From: Squalus acanthias
Lineage: Eukaryota
Assembly (NCBI GenBank): GCA_030390025.1
Contig: CM059430.1
Coordinates: 62,186,001-62,250,000, forward strand
Length of the DNA: 64,000 bases
Direction of reading: 5' to 3'
Part shown: positions 1-13,200 of the stretch, one piece after another
How positions within the stretch are numbered: the first letter of the stretch is position 1
How the letters are laid out: each line of letters begins with the position of its first letter
Made by a program: the position numbers and the translations under genes
Notes under the pieces: model-generated
What the model was told of the DNA's origin: nothing
The model's database searches: none
Seen by the model: only the letters and a program-made list of their open reading frames with translations

Positions 1-2140
1 TTTAGAAAAGACAAGGCTGAGGGGGGATCTGATAGATGTCTTTACGATTATGAAAGGAGTTGATGGGGAAGACGAGGAGGAAAGTAATAGAAGGATGGGC
101 TAATGATCTTTAGATGAAGAAAACAACTAAAGAATGGCTTGCATTTATACAGCCCCTTTCACGACCACAGGACTTCCCAATACACTTTACATTCAATGAA
201 AAAGTTTTGACGTGTAGTTACTGGTGTAATGTAGGAAATGTGGCAGCCAATTAGTGCGCAGCAAGCTCCCACAAACAGCATTGTTATAATGACCAGAAAA
301 TCTGTTTTTTTTGTATTGTTGATTGAGGAATAGATATTGACCAACACACCGGGGATTACTTTAATGCTCTTCTTCTAAATCATGCCGTGGGAATTTTTAC
401 ATCCACCTGAGAGTGCAGACGGGGCCTTGTTTTAATGTCTCATCTGAAAGACAATGCAACACACCCTCAGTACTGCATTCGAGTTTCAGCCTAGATTGTT
501 GTGTTCACATCTCTGGGTGGGAGGAGGCTCATGTGGAGCATAAACGCTCGGCTGAATGGCCTGTTTCTGTGCTGTAGACTCAATGGCCCGGATTCTGAGG
601 TTCCGCTGACGGAATTTTATCCTTCGGAAAGGCCCTGCAATTTCTGGGTTTACACATGCGCTGCATATGCGCGAAAACATAGACTTTGCAATCTGCCTAC
701 GTTCATCTTGACAGATCTACCGAACCGAATAGAAAATCACTTTCGCTTATGCAGAGTTGGGGATTGGGACACGTGCTATTAGTAATTAGTCTTGGTCACT
801 CGCTGGATGTAGTACTCGAAGCTCAGGTCAGATACGCACTTGCTAGGTTGTGCATTGTCAGTTTGATCCTGAGCGGGAATCCTGGAAAGGGATGGTACTG
901 AAGGGGAAAGCACTGAGATTCTGCCAGTGGCCGAACAGTTTAACATCTGCCTTCAGTGAGATCAGTCACGGAACAACAGACAATGAATAATATAAAGTGT
1001 GAACAATTAGCTGTTGTGGTGGGTTAATATATTATCCTTTCAATAATTCCACCTCTAAGTGAAGCATGCCCGCGTGAAGCGATCGAAGTCCCCAATCCTA
1101 TTCTATTCCTCCCAGAGATTCCTACATGAAACGCGTTTGAGACGTTTGTTGATCAATTTCTAAAGGACAAGAGCCTACAACAGAAAAAGATAATTCGTAA
1201 TTAGAGACGAATTTTCTATTCCGTGGCCCCGCAGGGGCGGACATATACGAGGGTGATGGGAATAGCTGTAGCAGGGAGATGGCAATATCTACTCCAGTAC
1301 AAAAAGGATTCGCAATGCTGATACAAGAACTGAGAGGATATACTTATCACAAAAGGCTGAACAGGCCAGGGCTCTTTTCTTTAGAAAAGACAAGGCTGAG
1401 GGGGGATCTGATAGATGTCTTTACGATTATGAAAGGAGTTGATGGGGAAGACGAGGAGGAAAGTAATAGAAGGATGGGCTAATGATCTTTAGATGAAGAA
1501 AACAACTAAAGAATGGCTTGCATTTATACAGCCCCTTTCACGACCACAGGACTTCCCAATACACTTTACATTCAATGAAAAAGTTTTGACGTGTAGTTAC
1601 TGGTGTAATGTAGGAAACGTGGCAGCCAATTAGTGCACAGCAAGCTCCCACAAACAGCATTGTTATAATGACCAGAAAATCTGTTTTTTTTGTATTGTTG
1701 ATTGAGGAATAGATATTGACCAACACACCGGGGATTACTTTAATGCTCTTCTTCTAAATCATGCCGTGGGAATTTTTACATCCACCTGAGAGTGCAGACG
1801 GGGCCTTGTTTTAATGTCTCATCTGAAAGACAATGCAACACACCCTCAGTACTGCATTCGAGTTTCAGCCTAGATTGTTGTGTTCACATCTCTGGGTGGG
1901 AGGAGGCTCATGTGGAGCATAAACGCTCGGCTGAATGGCCTGTTTCTGTGCTGTAGACTCAATGGCCCGGATTCTGAGGTTCCGCTGACGGAATTTTATC
2001 CTTCGGAAAGGCCCTGCAATTTCTGGGTTTACACATGCGCTGCATATGCGCGAAAACATAGACTTTGCAATCTGCCTACGTTCATCTTGACAGATCTACC
2101 GAACCGAATAGAAAATCACTTTCGCTTATGCAGAGTTGGG
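1..2140 (+). repeat. Near-identical direct duplication, offset 1379 bp (1-761 = 1380-2140)
   Basis: Only two substitutions noticed in ~760 bp; the ORF track shows duplicated ORFs; the first copy ends inside a MITE. Confidence 0.9.
130..516 (-). mobile_element. Deu-domain SINE fragment (duplicated at ~1509-1895)
   Basis: Reverse complement of the SINE core and tail (CCCTCAGTACTGCA, CCACCTGAGAG). Confidence 0.7.
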
Positions 2141-3430
2141 CTATTAGCCCAACTACTGTGCAGCAAATGCCCACGAAAACCTTACGCCTGGTAAAAACAG
2201 ACATAGGGCCAGCTTTCACGAGCGTAAGGTTTAATATAAATCTTAAATTAAAAATTAATAATTATGTAAATTTTGGCCGGGATTAACATGTTTAAAATAA
2301 TTTCTCAAAATATTACGTTTTCATTGTATTTGCTTTATTGATGTGACTTTCAATTTAATTTGAAAATGAGAACCTTTATTTTTATTCTAGTTGTATAAAT
2401 TATGTAATTATTTGGGAATTCCTATTGGACCAGAAATTCGGCTGTTGTGGGTGAGTACGTGCTGTGTTCTCACTCGTAAGGCCATCTGAAGTGTCGGTTT
2501 CCTGCATGCACTGCACATGCGCGGGAAACCGGAACTTCCGTTCCCCTGAAGGGTGGGGTCAGAAGTCGAACGCATGCGTGGGAGAGGCTGCGCGCATGCA
2601 GCGAACCTCGATTTTTTTTCAGGTTTCTCCGGGAAGGTAAGTATGAAGACACTGCGCTTTTAAAAAGGAGGTGCAAGGCCTGTTTTTAACAAGGTAAGTG
2701 GTTAATTAATTACAATTTATAAAAAATTTCAACTGGTTTATCTTTTTTAGATACTTTAAAGAAAGGTACGTTTATTTTTAGCAAAGTATAAATCATTTTT
2801 TCAAAAATTTTAATTTTTGTTTAAAGTAGTTAATTTAATTTATTTGACTTATAGTTTTTATTCAAATTTATTTGAAGTATAAGTGTCGTTTTGGGGCCGA
2901 TCTGTATTCATAGATTTGACAGGTCTTCCTGTCAAATCTATGAATGAAAATGCCCTGCTAGGATTGGCTCTCCATGGCCCACGTGATCCCAGGGGACGCT
3001 TCGAACTAACTGCGCCCCTGGGATACACAAGCACTGCGCCCCAGCAGCTGGAGGAGGCCCAGGACCCGAAGTCATCCTGGGCCCAAAGCACAACTGCAGG
3101 CGCGGTGGGCAAGTACGCGTGCGATTCTTGCACCCGCAGGAAGCCTGAAAGCTGAATTTCTGGCCGAATATGTTTCTGGGGATTCCATACGGAAATTGAA
3201 TCCTTTAAGCATATTAGGAATTCTCCTTTCTGATTTGACGACCTGGCCCACGTGACCACAAGCACACAACCGCCTGTGTCCCTGGGATTGGTTGTCATAT
3301 CCACAGGTCTACGCCTTACGTCCCAGGACCCAAAGTCTCAGCAGCCTGGGGCCCTGAACGTATGTGCGTATATTTTTAGCTGGTCGGAGGCGTACACCGG
3401 AGGTACGTCTCCGACCCCAAATTCCAGGCC
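1964..3430. mobile_element. Outer Harbinger-type MITE carrying a nested MITE
   Basis: TIRs GGCCCGGATTCTGAGGT / ACCCCAAATTCCAGGCC, flanks AAT and TAT; AT-rich core. Confidence 0.65.
2427..3166. mobile_element. ~740-bp MITE, copy 1 (nested)
   Basis: TIR GGACCAGAAATTC / GAATTTCTGGCCG; internal hairpins; homologous to 7351-8109 and 20628-21367. Confidence 0.8.
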
Positions 3431-4111
3431 TATGCAATTCTATGTAGTTGGAAGTGGTCATCTGGCGTTTGGGCGAAGAAATACTGTCCGCTCAGAGACA
3501 GGGTAAAACGAGTTGTCTGCTACATCCGGCTAAGTTACCTGGTAGTAAGTAAAACCTGAAGTGGATGCCCCATATTTTACGAAATGTAGTCTTTCACTTT
3601 GAGGAGTCCCAAATATATTTTACCTTCTGTACTCTTTATTTATGACAGACTGCAGAATATTTAATTTTTTATACAAGTCTTGAAATGAATTGTCCCTGGG
3701 AAGAAATAGATATTGACTTTGAATGAAACCTCTGAAAAAATGGGGTTGCCCGTTTCTTTTGGCTACTTCTAAGCAATGTTAGAACAGTTTTTACAGTTGG
3801 ATTGACAGTCATGGAAGCATAATATATTAATCGAGCACAAGATCTAATTAATCCAATCAACTCTCATTTAAATTACCAAATCATATTCCCTTATGATAAA
3901 TACTATTTCGTTGAAGCTTTAGATGTAATATTGTGTTGAAATTACTCTGTTATATTAGGGACTGACGTTGATGAAAACAGAGGACATTGCAAGTCACGTG
4001 GATAGGTCCGGCCAATGTAAAGAAGTAAACGTCGTCTACATCTAGAATTGATATCATTTGAATCTTGGTTCTGTGTAGCAGATCGGCGCTTATCTCTTTT
4101 TTGTACGGTAC

Positions 4112-4216
4112 TTATTCTGTACACTTTACCTTCCTTCTAGATTTTCCATTTTTCTCAGAACTAAGCAAAACGACGGTTGCGTACGTCAACGGGTTACCAA
4201 CAGCTTCTTGCAAGGT
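4112..4216 (-). CDS. Gene A terminal cytoplasmic exon with ITIM LTYATV
   Basis: TTTTATAG| TLQEAVGNPLTYATVVLLSSEKNGKSRRKVKCTE*; aligns with gene B terminal exon VTYATLELSGPEKAGKSKNNKMSAEY. Confidence 0.72.
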   Translation of the reverse strand, partial: TLQEAVGNPLTYATVVLLSSEKNGKSRRKVKCTE

Positions 4217-7200
4217 CTATAAAAGCAATGTGTTGTAAAGTTATCTCATTAACTTCATTAATCTTCAGAATGCTTCATAAAACAGGGTAAGATCATGATG
4301 ATATTTAAATATTCCTTAAATTAATATATGTATATTATTGGGCTTGCTACTTACCTCAAGCAATTACATTTACATAACATTCATTCCCCTATAATAAGTT
4401 ATTTTCAAGTAAAGCTATAGAAAATCCCAACTCCATAATGTTGTTAATATAGTTTAATAATCATCAAGACATTGTCCACATTATGCAGTATTTAATGCTC
4501 ATTGCATCCACAGTTTCACAGGCAACATGTTTGATACAGTGTTAGAATCATAGGGAAAGAAATTCATTTTAGCCCAGGATTGGGCGCTAACTTTGGAAAA
4601 GTTTGAGATTTAGCGCGGGGTGCTAAGGAATCTTGCTGCATTAAAAATTCAGTGTCATCGGTCAAAGAAAGGATGGAAGCGCTAAATCAAATGCTAACGG
4701 TCAAGCTCAGTGGCGTTACACTCAAAACTCTAACCAATATCAGGTGCCGTCTAATTACAATTCATCATTGCCACAGGCCATTTCCAGTTCTTAAAGGGGA
4801 GGGTCATTCATGCTGCAGAACCTCATTCTCAGCATTGTTGCCTGTGAACCTGTGTGAGCAAGCATGAGCAGGCCAAGTCCAAGGAGCTGGACGACTCAAT
4901 CAGCTGTACTCATGGCAGATCCACGCCCCAGAGAGAGAGGCCGCAGATTTTCCGACCAAGCATTGGAGGAGTTGTTGTCTGCTGTGGAGAGACAGAGTTT
5001 GGTGCACTACCCAGCAAGTGGCAGGAAGCCCTCGCCACAAGTCTTCCGTGCCATGTGGAGGGTGGTTGCCCATGAGGTGTCAGGCAGCACTGTGGTCCCC
5101 AGCACCCATACACAGTGCCGAAAGAAATTAAAGTACCTCACGCAGGTGGTAAGTGTGAGTCAATGCCTCAACAAATGCTACATACCACTGGCTGCGCCAC
5201 AGTCTGCACACAGTGGCCAAAGCACCACACCCCAGCCCTCACCCATCAACAATCTCTACCTACCAAAACTCTCACCCACATCTCACACCTTACACACAAT
5301 GACAGCTATTCAAATATGGCAGGCACATCACCCAAACATATTGCTCCACAGTCACTCACACATTTTCCTTTCTATTGCAGGCCAAGATGGCTCACAACAG
5401 GAGGGAGCAGGGTCGCACTGGCGGGGGACAAGTCGACACACTGTCTGCGCTAGAAAATAGATTGCTGGAGATTATTGGGTGCTAGGTAGTGGGCGTCATG
5501 GCAACTGGCGACGTTGACCCCTTGGGGACTACAGCGGTATGTTCATCCATACTCCTACTTCTCACATCCCTCTTCCCCCTCACCCCACAAGCCTTTTGCA
5601 CTTTGCAGCTAGTCATGCTGTATGCATTCATTTCGCCCTTCCTGCCCCCTCCCCTCACCGTAACCTGACTCTTGTGTTTTTATGCTTTCAGATGATGAGC
5701 AAGCACCTGAGCAGCCTGTCCCTGAGGACACCATAGAGAGCGGGGCGGGTGATGAGGAAGAGGAAGAACACCCTGTGTCACTGCATGTCTCATCCGCAGG
5801 CACCAGCTCAGATACTGGCACTACGCATTCTTTAGCGGCCAGCATAGTAGCGGGATGTGTACAGGTTGAGGCACCGGGGATGAGCAGGCTGCAGCAAGGC
5901 CAGGGCGAAAGGGTAGCTCGTGGTTCAGCTCCCCAGAAGGCGAATTCTGCTTCACAGGACTCAGATGAGGACCTCGATGGGGAGGCGCTAAGAAGAAGGG
6001 TGTTGGGCATGCACACAGAGATGATAGGTGCAATGGCAAGTGTGCCTGAGAGCCTCTTGGCAATGATAGAGAACGTGAAGGAGTCTGCTTACAAAACTGC
6101 ACAAAGATCTGCACACACCATGGAGCCCATCATTTCTAGTCTGCAAAGGATGATGGACTCCCAGATTGACCGTGGCGACCCAGACCTGATGCCATATGTG
6201 CTGGGTGATCTGGCAGCTTCCACTGCAGCACAGGCAGAAGCGACGCTACGTGTTAGTGCTGTAATGCAGTCTGTGCTTGGTGGCATCCAATGAAAGTGTC
6301 AGCTGTGTCTCAGTGGTTAGCACTATTGCCTCTGAGTCAGAAGGTTATGGGTTCAAGTCCCACTCCAGGAACTTGAGCACAAAAATCTAAGCTGACACAC
6401 CAGTGGAGTACTGAGGGAGTGCTGCACTGTCAGAGGTGTCATCTTTCAGATGAGACATTAAAACGAGTCCCCCCCCCCCTCTGCTCTCTCAGGTGGACGT
6501 GAAAGATCCCATGGCACTATTTCGAAAAAGAGCAGGCCAATTGTCCCTGGTGTCCTGGCCAATATTTATCCCTTAATCATCATATATAAAACAGATTATC
6601 TTTTCAATATCACGTTGCTGTTCGTGGAAACTTGCTGTGCACAAATTGACTGCCGCATTTCTTATATTACAACAGTGACTACACTTCAAAAAGTACTTAA
6701 TTGGCAAAAAAGGGCTTTGAGATATCCAGTGGTCGTGAAAGTCACTGTAGAAATGCAAGTCTTTTTTTCTTTCTCAGACTGCTATCATTCAGTCTCAGCT
6801 TGATGCCACGCAAGCTCAGAATGCTGCCAACGTGGCTGGGTCTACCACCATCGACCGGAGCTTCCACGGTGTCTCAGCAGGCCAGAAATCTGCTCCAAAA
6901 GATTGCTGAGGATGCTGAGGTGTTGCCCAAGAGGAGTGGCAGTAGGTCAGTGGAGCCGGAACCTTCTGTCCTCTCTCAGGATGACAGCATTCCTGCTCCC
7001 ACCACTGCCACTCGCCATTGCCCTTGTCGCTTCCTGTCATCCCACCAGCCGAGACTGCTGCCGCCCGTGCATGCGCTGAAAACCAGCACTTGCGATCTGT
7101 CAAGAATTCTCTTGACAGATCATGCGCCTGCCCGGGAAAAGTGCTTCTGCGGGTGGAGTGTTGCGCTTTGTGCACAACTTCTGCCAACTGAAATACCACA

Positions 7201-10200
7201 GAATTCTTATGCCTGGTAAAAGCAGACATAAGGCCTGGTTTTTCCAGCTTACGAGTGCTGAAAAATAGAAAATTTAAATTTGGTTACTGATTTATAAATT
7301 AAAAATCCTCTTCACAAAGGTAAGTTTATTTTTAAACCCGTAAAAACATTGGCCCAAAAATTCGGCCCTACCAGCCTGAGTACACAGTGTGTACTCACCC
7401 GTATTCATTCCCGAAGTGCCGGTTTCCTGCATGCACTGCAGATGCGCGTGAAACCGCAACTTCCGGTATGGTGAAGCGGGCATTTCCTAGGTGAACCGCA
7501 TGCGCGCTAAAGGCTGCGCGCATGCAGCGCACTTAGATTTTTTTCAGGTTTCTACGCGAGGGTAAGTATTGAAGATTCTACGCTAATAAAAAGGAGGCGT
7601 AAGACACCTTTTGAACAAGGTAAGTGGTTAATTAAGAATAATTTTAATTTTTTTTTCAACAGTTTTATCTTTTTTAGATACTTTAAAGAAAGGTAAGTTT
7701 ATTTTTATACCTTTTAAAAAGTATTTGAATTTTTTCAAAAATTTAAATTTTTGTTTACAGTGGTTAATTTATTTAACTATAGTTATTTTATAGATGTGAA
7801 GATTTTTTAATTTATTTTAAGTTTAGCTGTTCTTTTGGGGCCGATTTCAATTCACAGATTTGACAGGTCTCCTGTCAAATCTATGAATGAAAGATGGTCT
7901 GCTGCCATTGGCTCTACATGGCCCATGTGATCCCAGGGGTCGCATCGCACTAACTGCGCCCCTGGAACACGCAAGCACAGCGCGCCGACTCTTGGGAGAG
8001 GCCCAGGACCCGAAGTTCCTGTGGGCCCAAAACACAACGGCAGGCATAGTGGGTAAGAGTGCATCGATTCTTACCCCCGCGGCAAGACGGCCACGCGAAT
8101 TTCTAGGCCATTTTTTTCTCAAAAAAAATAATTTAAAAAATAATTAATTAAATGGAATTTTAATTAATTTTAATTATGTAGTTATTTTTAAATTTATTTA
8201 ATGTTTTAGTGAGTTTTAAAATGTGATAGCCATTCGTACTTTTGACAGTTCTATCCCTACAGACCAGTCACAAGTATGAAGGGGGATTCGCTTCTTTGAT
8301 TGATTCGCCTGGCCCGCATGATCCTAGGGGCAATTGGGAACCGCATGCACCCCTGGGATACGTGGGTCTCTGTGCATTTCAACCAGCAGGTAGATTCATA
8401 GATTTTATTCTGATTGGAGGCATCCGCCCGGTGAAAGCCTCCATTCAGTAATTCAGGGCCAATATTTTGTTGTAAATATGTGTTCACTGATTATTAATAA
8501 ATGTATTAATTCAGTTTGGATTCTTTTGTGGTGTCTCTCATTTCAGGTTTGCGCTGTGATATGGCCTGCAACAGAAATGCAATGTTGGGGATGTGCTGAG
8601 CAACGGGGATCTGGTGTTAAATTCATTTGCATTCTGATGAAGTGCTCACAGACCACCCTTCCAGAAGGCCGATTGAGTGGCTGCCTGCTCCGTCACTCCT
8701 GTTCCTCCTCCTCCTCGGCTTCCTCTTCCTCCTCGTCCTCGTCTTACTCCTCCTGAGGTGGCAGAGCTGAGCCCTCATGATGGACAATTTGTGGAGCATG
8801 CAGCAGACCACCACAAAATGGAACACCCACTCAACCGAGTTCAGGAGGGTTCCTCCCAAGCAGTCAAGGCTGCAGAACTGTTCCTTGAGCCCCCCGATGG
8901 TCTGCTCGGTTATGTTCCTGGTGGCAGCATCGCTCTCATTATGTGAGTGCTGAGCAGGAGTGTTGGGGTTGTGGAGCGGGAGTATGAGCCCAGTGGAGTG
9001 CAGATAGCCCTTGTCTCAGACCAGCCAGCCGTGAGCTTGATGTGGTAGCTGGAAGAATGTTGGTGCAGCTTGAAGGCACTGTGGCTGCTGCCAGGATAGC
9101 AGGCATTGACATTGAGGATTTACTGTCTGTGGTCATGCACCAACTGCACATTAAGTGAGTGGTAGCCTTTGCGGTTACAGAAGATTTTAGGATTGTTATG
9201 CGGTGTCTGCAAAGCCACATGGGTGCTGTCAATGGTGCCCTGCACCATGGGGAATCCCACTATCCTGATGAAGCCACATGCACGCTCTTCCTGCTTCTCT
9301 CTGGTGATGGGAAAATAAATGTAGTCCCTTCTCCTTCTGTAGAGCGCCCCTGTGATGTCCCGGATGCAGCGATGGATGGCAATATGCGAGATGTTAGTTT
9401 TGTCTCCTGTTGCAGACTGGAAGTGCCCACAGGTGATGAAATTGAGGGTGACGGTGAATTTGACGGCCATTGAGAGAGCCGTGGTCACCCTGATCTGAGG
9501 CTGGAGCTCTGTGGTGGCAGAGTTCTGTGACCTCCTCCTTGGGGAAGTGGAGCCTTCCAATACACTGCTCCTCACTTAATTGGAGCTAGGAGAAGTGATC
9601 TTGGAATACCTTCAGAGGGATAGGCCTCCTGTTTTGAACCCTGATTGCCCTCCTCTTCCCTCTGGCCACATGTTCCAAACTTTCTCGCTGCCTCCGCTCC
9701 CTCCACCATAGATCCTGGAGGGCGAGGTCGACTGCGAGTGCAGTCCCATTAATGTAACCAAGTGTAGCAGTTTTATTTTTTTAAGAATCAATGTAGCTAC
9801 ATTTTAGTTGCCACAACATTCTTTATACTAAAGAACCTTGAAATCACAGAATAAGACTGTTGCACGATGTGAAACTGTCAATAACGCACTTAAACTCCAC
9901 TAACCTACAGCTGTGACTCATTACTGATGATTGCTTTAAATAATGTTCTTGGAGCCAGCTTCCTGGTGTTTCCCAGCAGCTCTCCCAGCCGCTGTATCCT
10001 CCTGGTGCTAAGGTAGGTGGCGGCAATCAATTTTGCAGATTGGGAAGTCAGTGAGCGTTGCACACTCACTGGCATCACAATCCATCTAGCGTTGATGTTC
10101 CCGGCAATAACTTTTAGTTGCGGCGCTGCGGGGGAGGGGGGTGGTTTTGTGTGTGGTGCAGGAGTTACCTGGCCCCAGTAATAATGCTCTAGCACCCCAT

Positions 10201-13200
10201 TAGCGCCATCTGCTGCCGCTAACGGGAGGCGCCAAGGTACTGAATTCCCCCCAAAATCTCTGAAAAACTACATCCGCCTCAACGACGCAGCCTCAACCCA
10301 CTTTGAGTACCCAAAGCCTAGGGCATCAATTTAAATCTCTCATTTACATGATGCATAACCAAAACACAAACAAATTAATTTGGTGCTCGCCCTTTGTGGC
10401 CACTCACTATTGTGCCATTGGCTCCAGCAAATCTTCGTGGCCAACCTTTTAAAATTTCCTTGCAGGGCTCCAAGCTGGGTTTCCAACTGTAGTGGGCAAC
10501 TTGCCCTGGATGGGTGAGCAGAAAATAATTGCTGGTGCAGAACTGTGGCTAATTGAAACATTACACCAATAATCTCAGAAGAAAGGTCATCGATGTTTGA
10601 GAATAAAACACCCAAAGGTGGGAATTTTGTTTAAGGTTAACTTTTCAGATTTTTGCCGTGGTGAAATGACCGGTCCTTGGGCGCATCGGTCAGGAAAATA
10701 GGGACAATGACCAAATACACAGGGCGTGATCCCCATTACTTTGCGCCGGGATCTAGGGACAGCAGCAGCAGCTGCACGACCTATTCACGTAAATTACGTG
10801 GGAGAGGGAGCTCCAGGTCTCCCTCCCATTTTCAAAACGAAGAATTTTCAATATCTAGATGCAGTGATGTCACATGAAGATTGTGTTAGATTTGCGCCGT
10901 GTCTGCCTGCTCTCCTCCGGCTAGATGGCCGGAAAAGGCGTAGCATCAAAACAAACAGAACGCTAAAAGTGAAGTTGTATACTTTTTCCAAGTTGCTAAA
11001 CCATTCTCCGGGCTTGGGAGCCTGCTGCTGTCAGCTGCTTTCAGACTCCTACGGCCCGGGGCCTCACTCAAATTTCCTCCCTTTCTAACCGGGCACTCGA
11101 CCCTGCCACGGAGTCGGCATACACTGGGAGCGTCCCCTGACCATGGTATTGTAACTGACAAAAAAGTACGCTACTCCTGGACCTGAGCAGACTGAGTGCA
11201 CTTAGTGCCTAGACAATGGATTTCGGTACGAATTCTGCGCCAACTTTCACTTGGGAGTACTGCATGTTAACAGTTTTTGATGACCCAGTCTGATGTAAGT
11301 TAACTGAAAAAGTGCACAAACGAGTTATCCTAGTCTGAAATAGATTTGAAATGATCTCAGCTGAACAGAAAATTATCACATTACACTTAAAACATCAATC
11401 AGATAAATGTTTTAAACTTACAGACTTGTCACAATTGATTTCTTCATCTTTTCTCTCCCTGCCTAGTAAAACACAAAATTCAAAGCTTCATTGTGAATGA
11501 TGCACGATATGATTAAGCAAGTATGGCGGATGCCAATTTATAGTGAGACAAAGTCGAAAACATTCATAACATTCCGCAACCTAGATTTTCGCCGTGGGAT
11601 GCTAGTTGACCAATAATGATGCGAAATTGCTTTCTACAAAAAATAAACACTCTGACACTTCTGCCTAAAAAAAGGGAGAAGGATTTCAGATATGTTCATC
11701 CCCCAGTATATTTAAACATGTGGAGATCAGAGAGACGATTTTCGGATCGGAGTGGGGTGGTAGCGCAGCGGGACTACAATCCATCTTCATGTTCATACCA
11801 TTCTAAGATAAGTGCTGCATTTCAGGATCACAGACCGATTAAAAAAATCAACAACCAACCTGAGCTCTATTCCCACGTCAACAAAACTTTTGATCAGTAA
11901 ATTATAGCGTGGAACAATCCTCTCTGCATGCTGACTAGCATTTTCTGTTCGTTGTAATTTGTATTTAAATTGAACAATCTGGTGATAACTTACCTTTACA
12001 ATGACTGAATCTGAACGACATTCCAATGATAATCACCAGCACCAGAAACGTCAATGCAAAGCCTGCGCATCCAAAGATCCGTAAATAAGGCGAGGGCGAA
12101 GTACTGTCACTACCTGCGAGATAAAAATAACATTCACATATGGAGCTGTGTATTGTTGAGGATTCCGTCAGCAATCAGAGCCCTAAATGGAACCTGATAT
12201 TTGAACAATTGTTTACAGCAGTTGAGCATGGGTACTCAAATTGTTAACTGATGGAAGTTGTTGTATCGCTATTTAAAACTGAGCGAAACGGGTGGGAGAC
12301 ATTATCGCCCGGCGGAAAACGGGCTAATAGAACAGAAAATCGCGCGAGGAGTGCAAAACCGGCTGCTGAATTCGTTATCGGCCATTTTGCGCTATCGCTG
12401 AAGACCAATTTTATCCCCTGTTTATTTGATGTTTCTGGAAGGCTGACCGATCTTTAGTTTCTGTATCTGTTTTTCACTCTGCGGGACAAGAGTATTTTCT
12501 ATTGGTATGAATAAAACTTAATTTTTAGTTTTAAGTAGTTAATTAATTCAATTAACAATTGCCCTCGTCACTATGTGGGATTATGTCGTAACTTTTCTTG
12601 CGAAGGTTTCCTCTGTTAGGTATGTCTCGGCATGTTGCATTTCTCTGCAGAATTATGTTTGTGAAATTTCTCCTGCCGCCCCTTTGTTTCATCAACGCTC
12701 CATTCATTCCAAACCAAATGACTGCCATTATTTGAAGAAAAGAATAAATATGCAGCTAGAATTCGGAACCCAACATAACTTTGTTTTTTATGTTTCCCAT
12801 TTCCCTAGCAATATATGTGTCATAGAGCGATCAGCGGAATTCCTCCTCATTTGACACTTCAGAGTAAAGAATTTCAACATTCACGCCACCGACTTGTTAT
12901 TGGACAAAATAAGCTACTTAGCGTTTCGACCATTTGGCGCTGAATCAGCGGTTATTTGATTTGAGATGGGCAGTTTGAACGAAGTGTCAATATTAATGAA
13001 TAAACATGGCCTGATGTGAAAAGAAGAATTTTGGACAGAACTATTTTCCGTGTTACAATATTTACTGAATTGAAGGGGTTCACGTGCATTGGGAGAACTT
13101 TTTAACTTCAGTAGGCGTTTAAAAACAAATGGAAAGGAAAATCTGGCGGTGTGTATAACGGGGCCGATCCTTTTCCGCCAGTTTTACGCCCCACCAAAGT

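Larger units (their letters stand above)
4553..10252. mobile_element. PIF/Harbinger DNA transposon 1 (decayed, with nested SINE and MITEs) in the last intron of gene A
   Basis: Imperfect TIRs GGGAAAGAAATTCA / TGAATTCCCCCC; convergent Myb/SANT gene (+) and HARBI1-like transposase (-); homologous to the element at 36596-40607. Confidence 0.85.

Noticed and set aside
159-3506. Numerous 60-150 aa ORFs in the track here and across the window
   Set aside because: They overlap SINE, MITE or LINE sequence or antisense frames and have no domain motifs or splice support.
6296-6370. tRNA-like sequence with A and B boxes
   Set aside because: It continues directly into a Deu SINE core and tail; it is a SINE head, not a tRNA gene.
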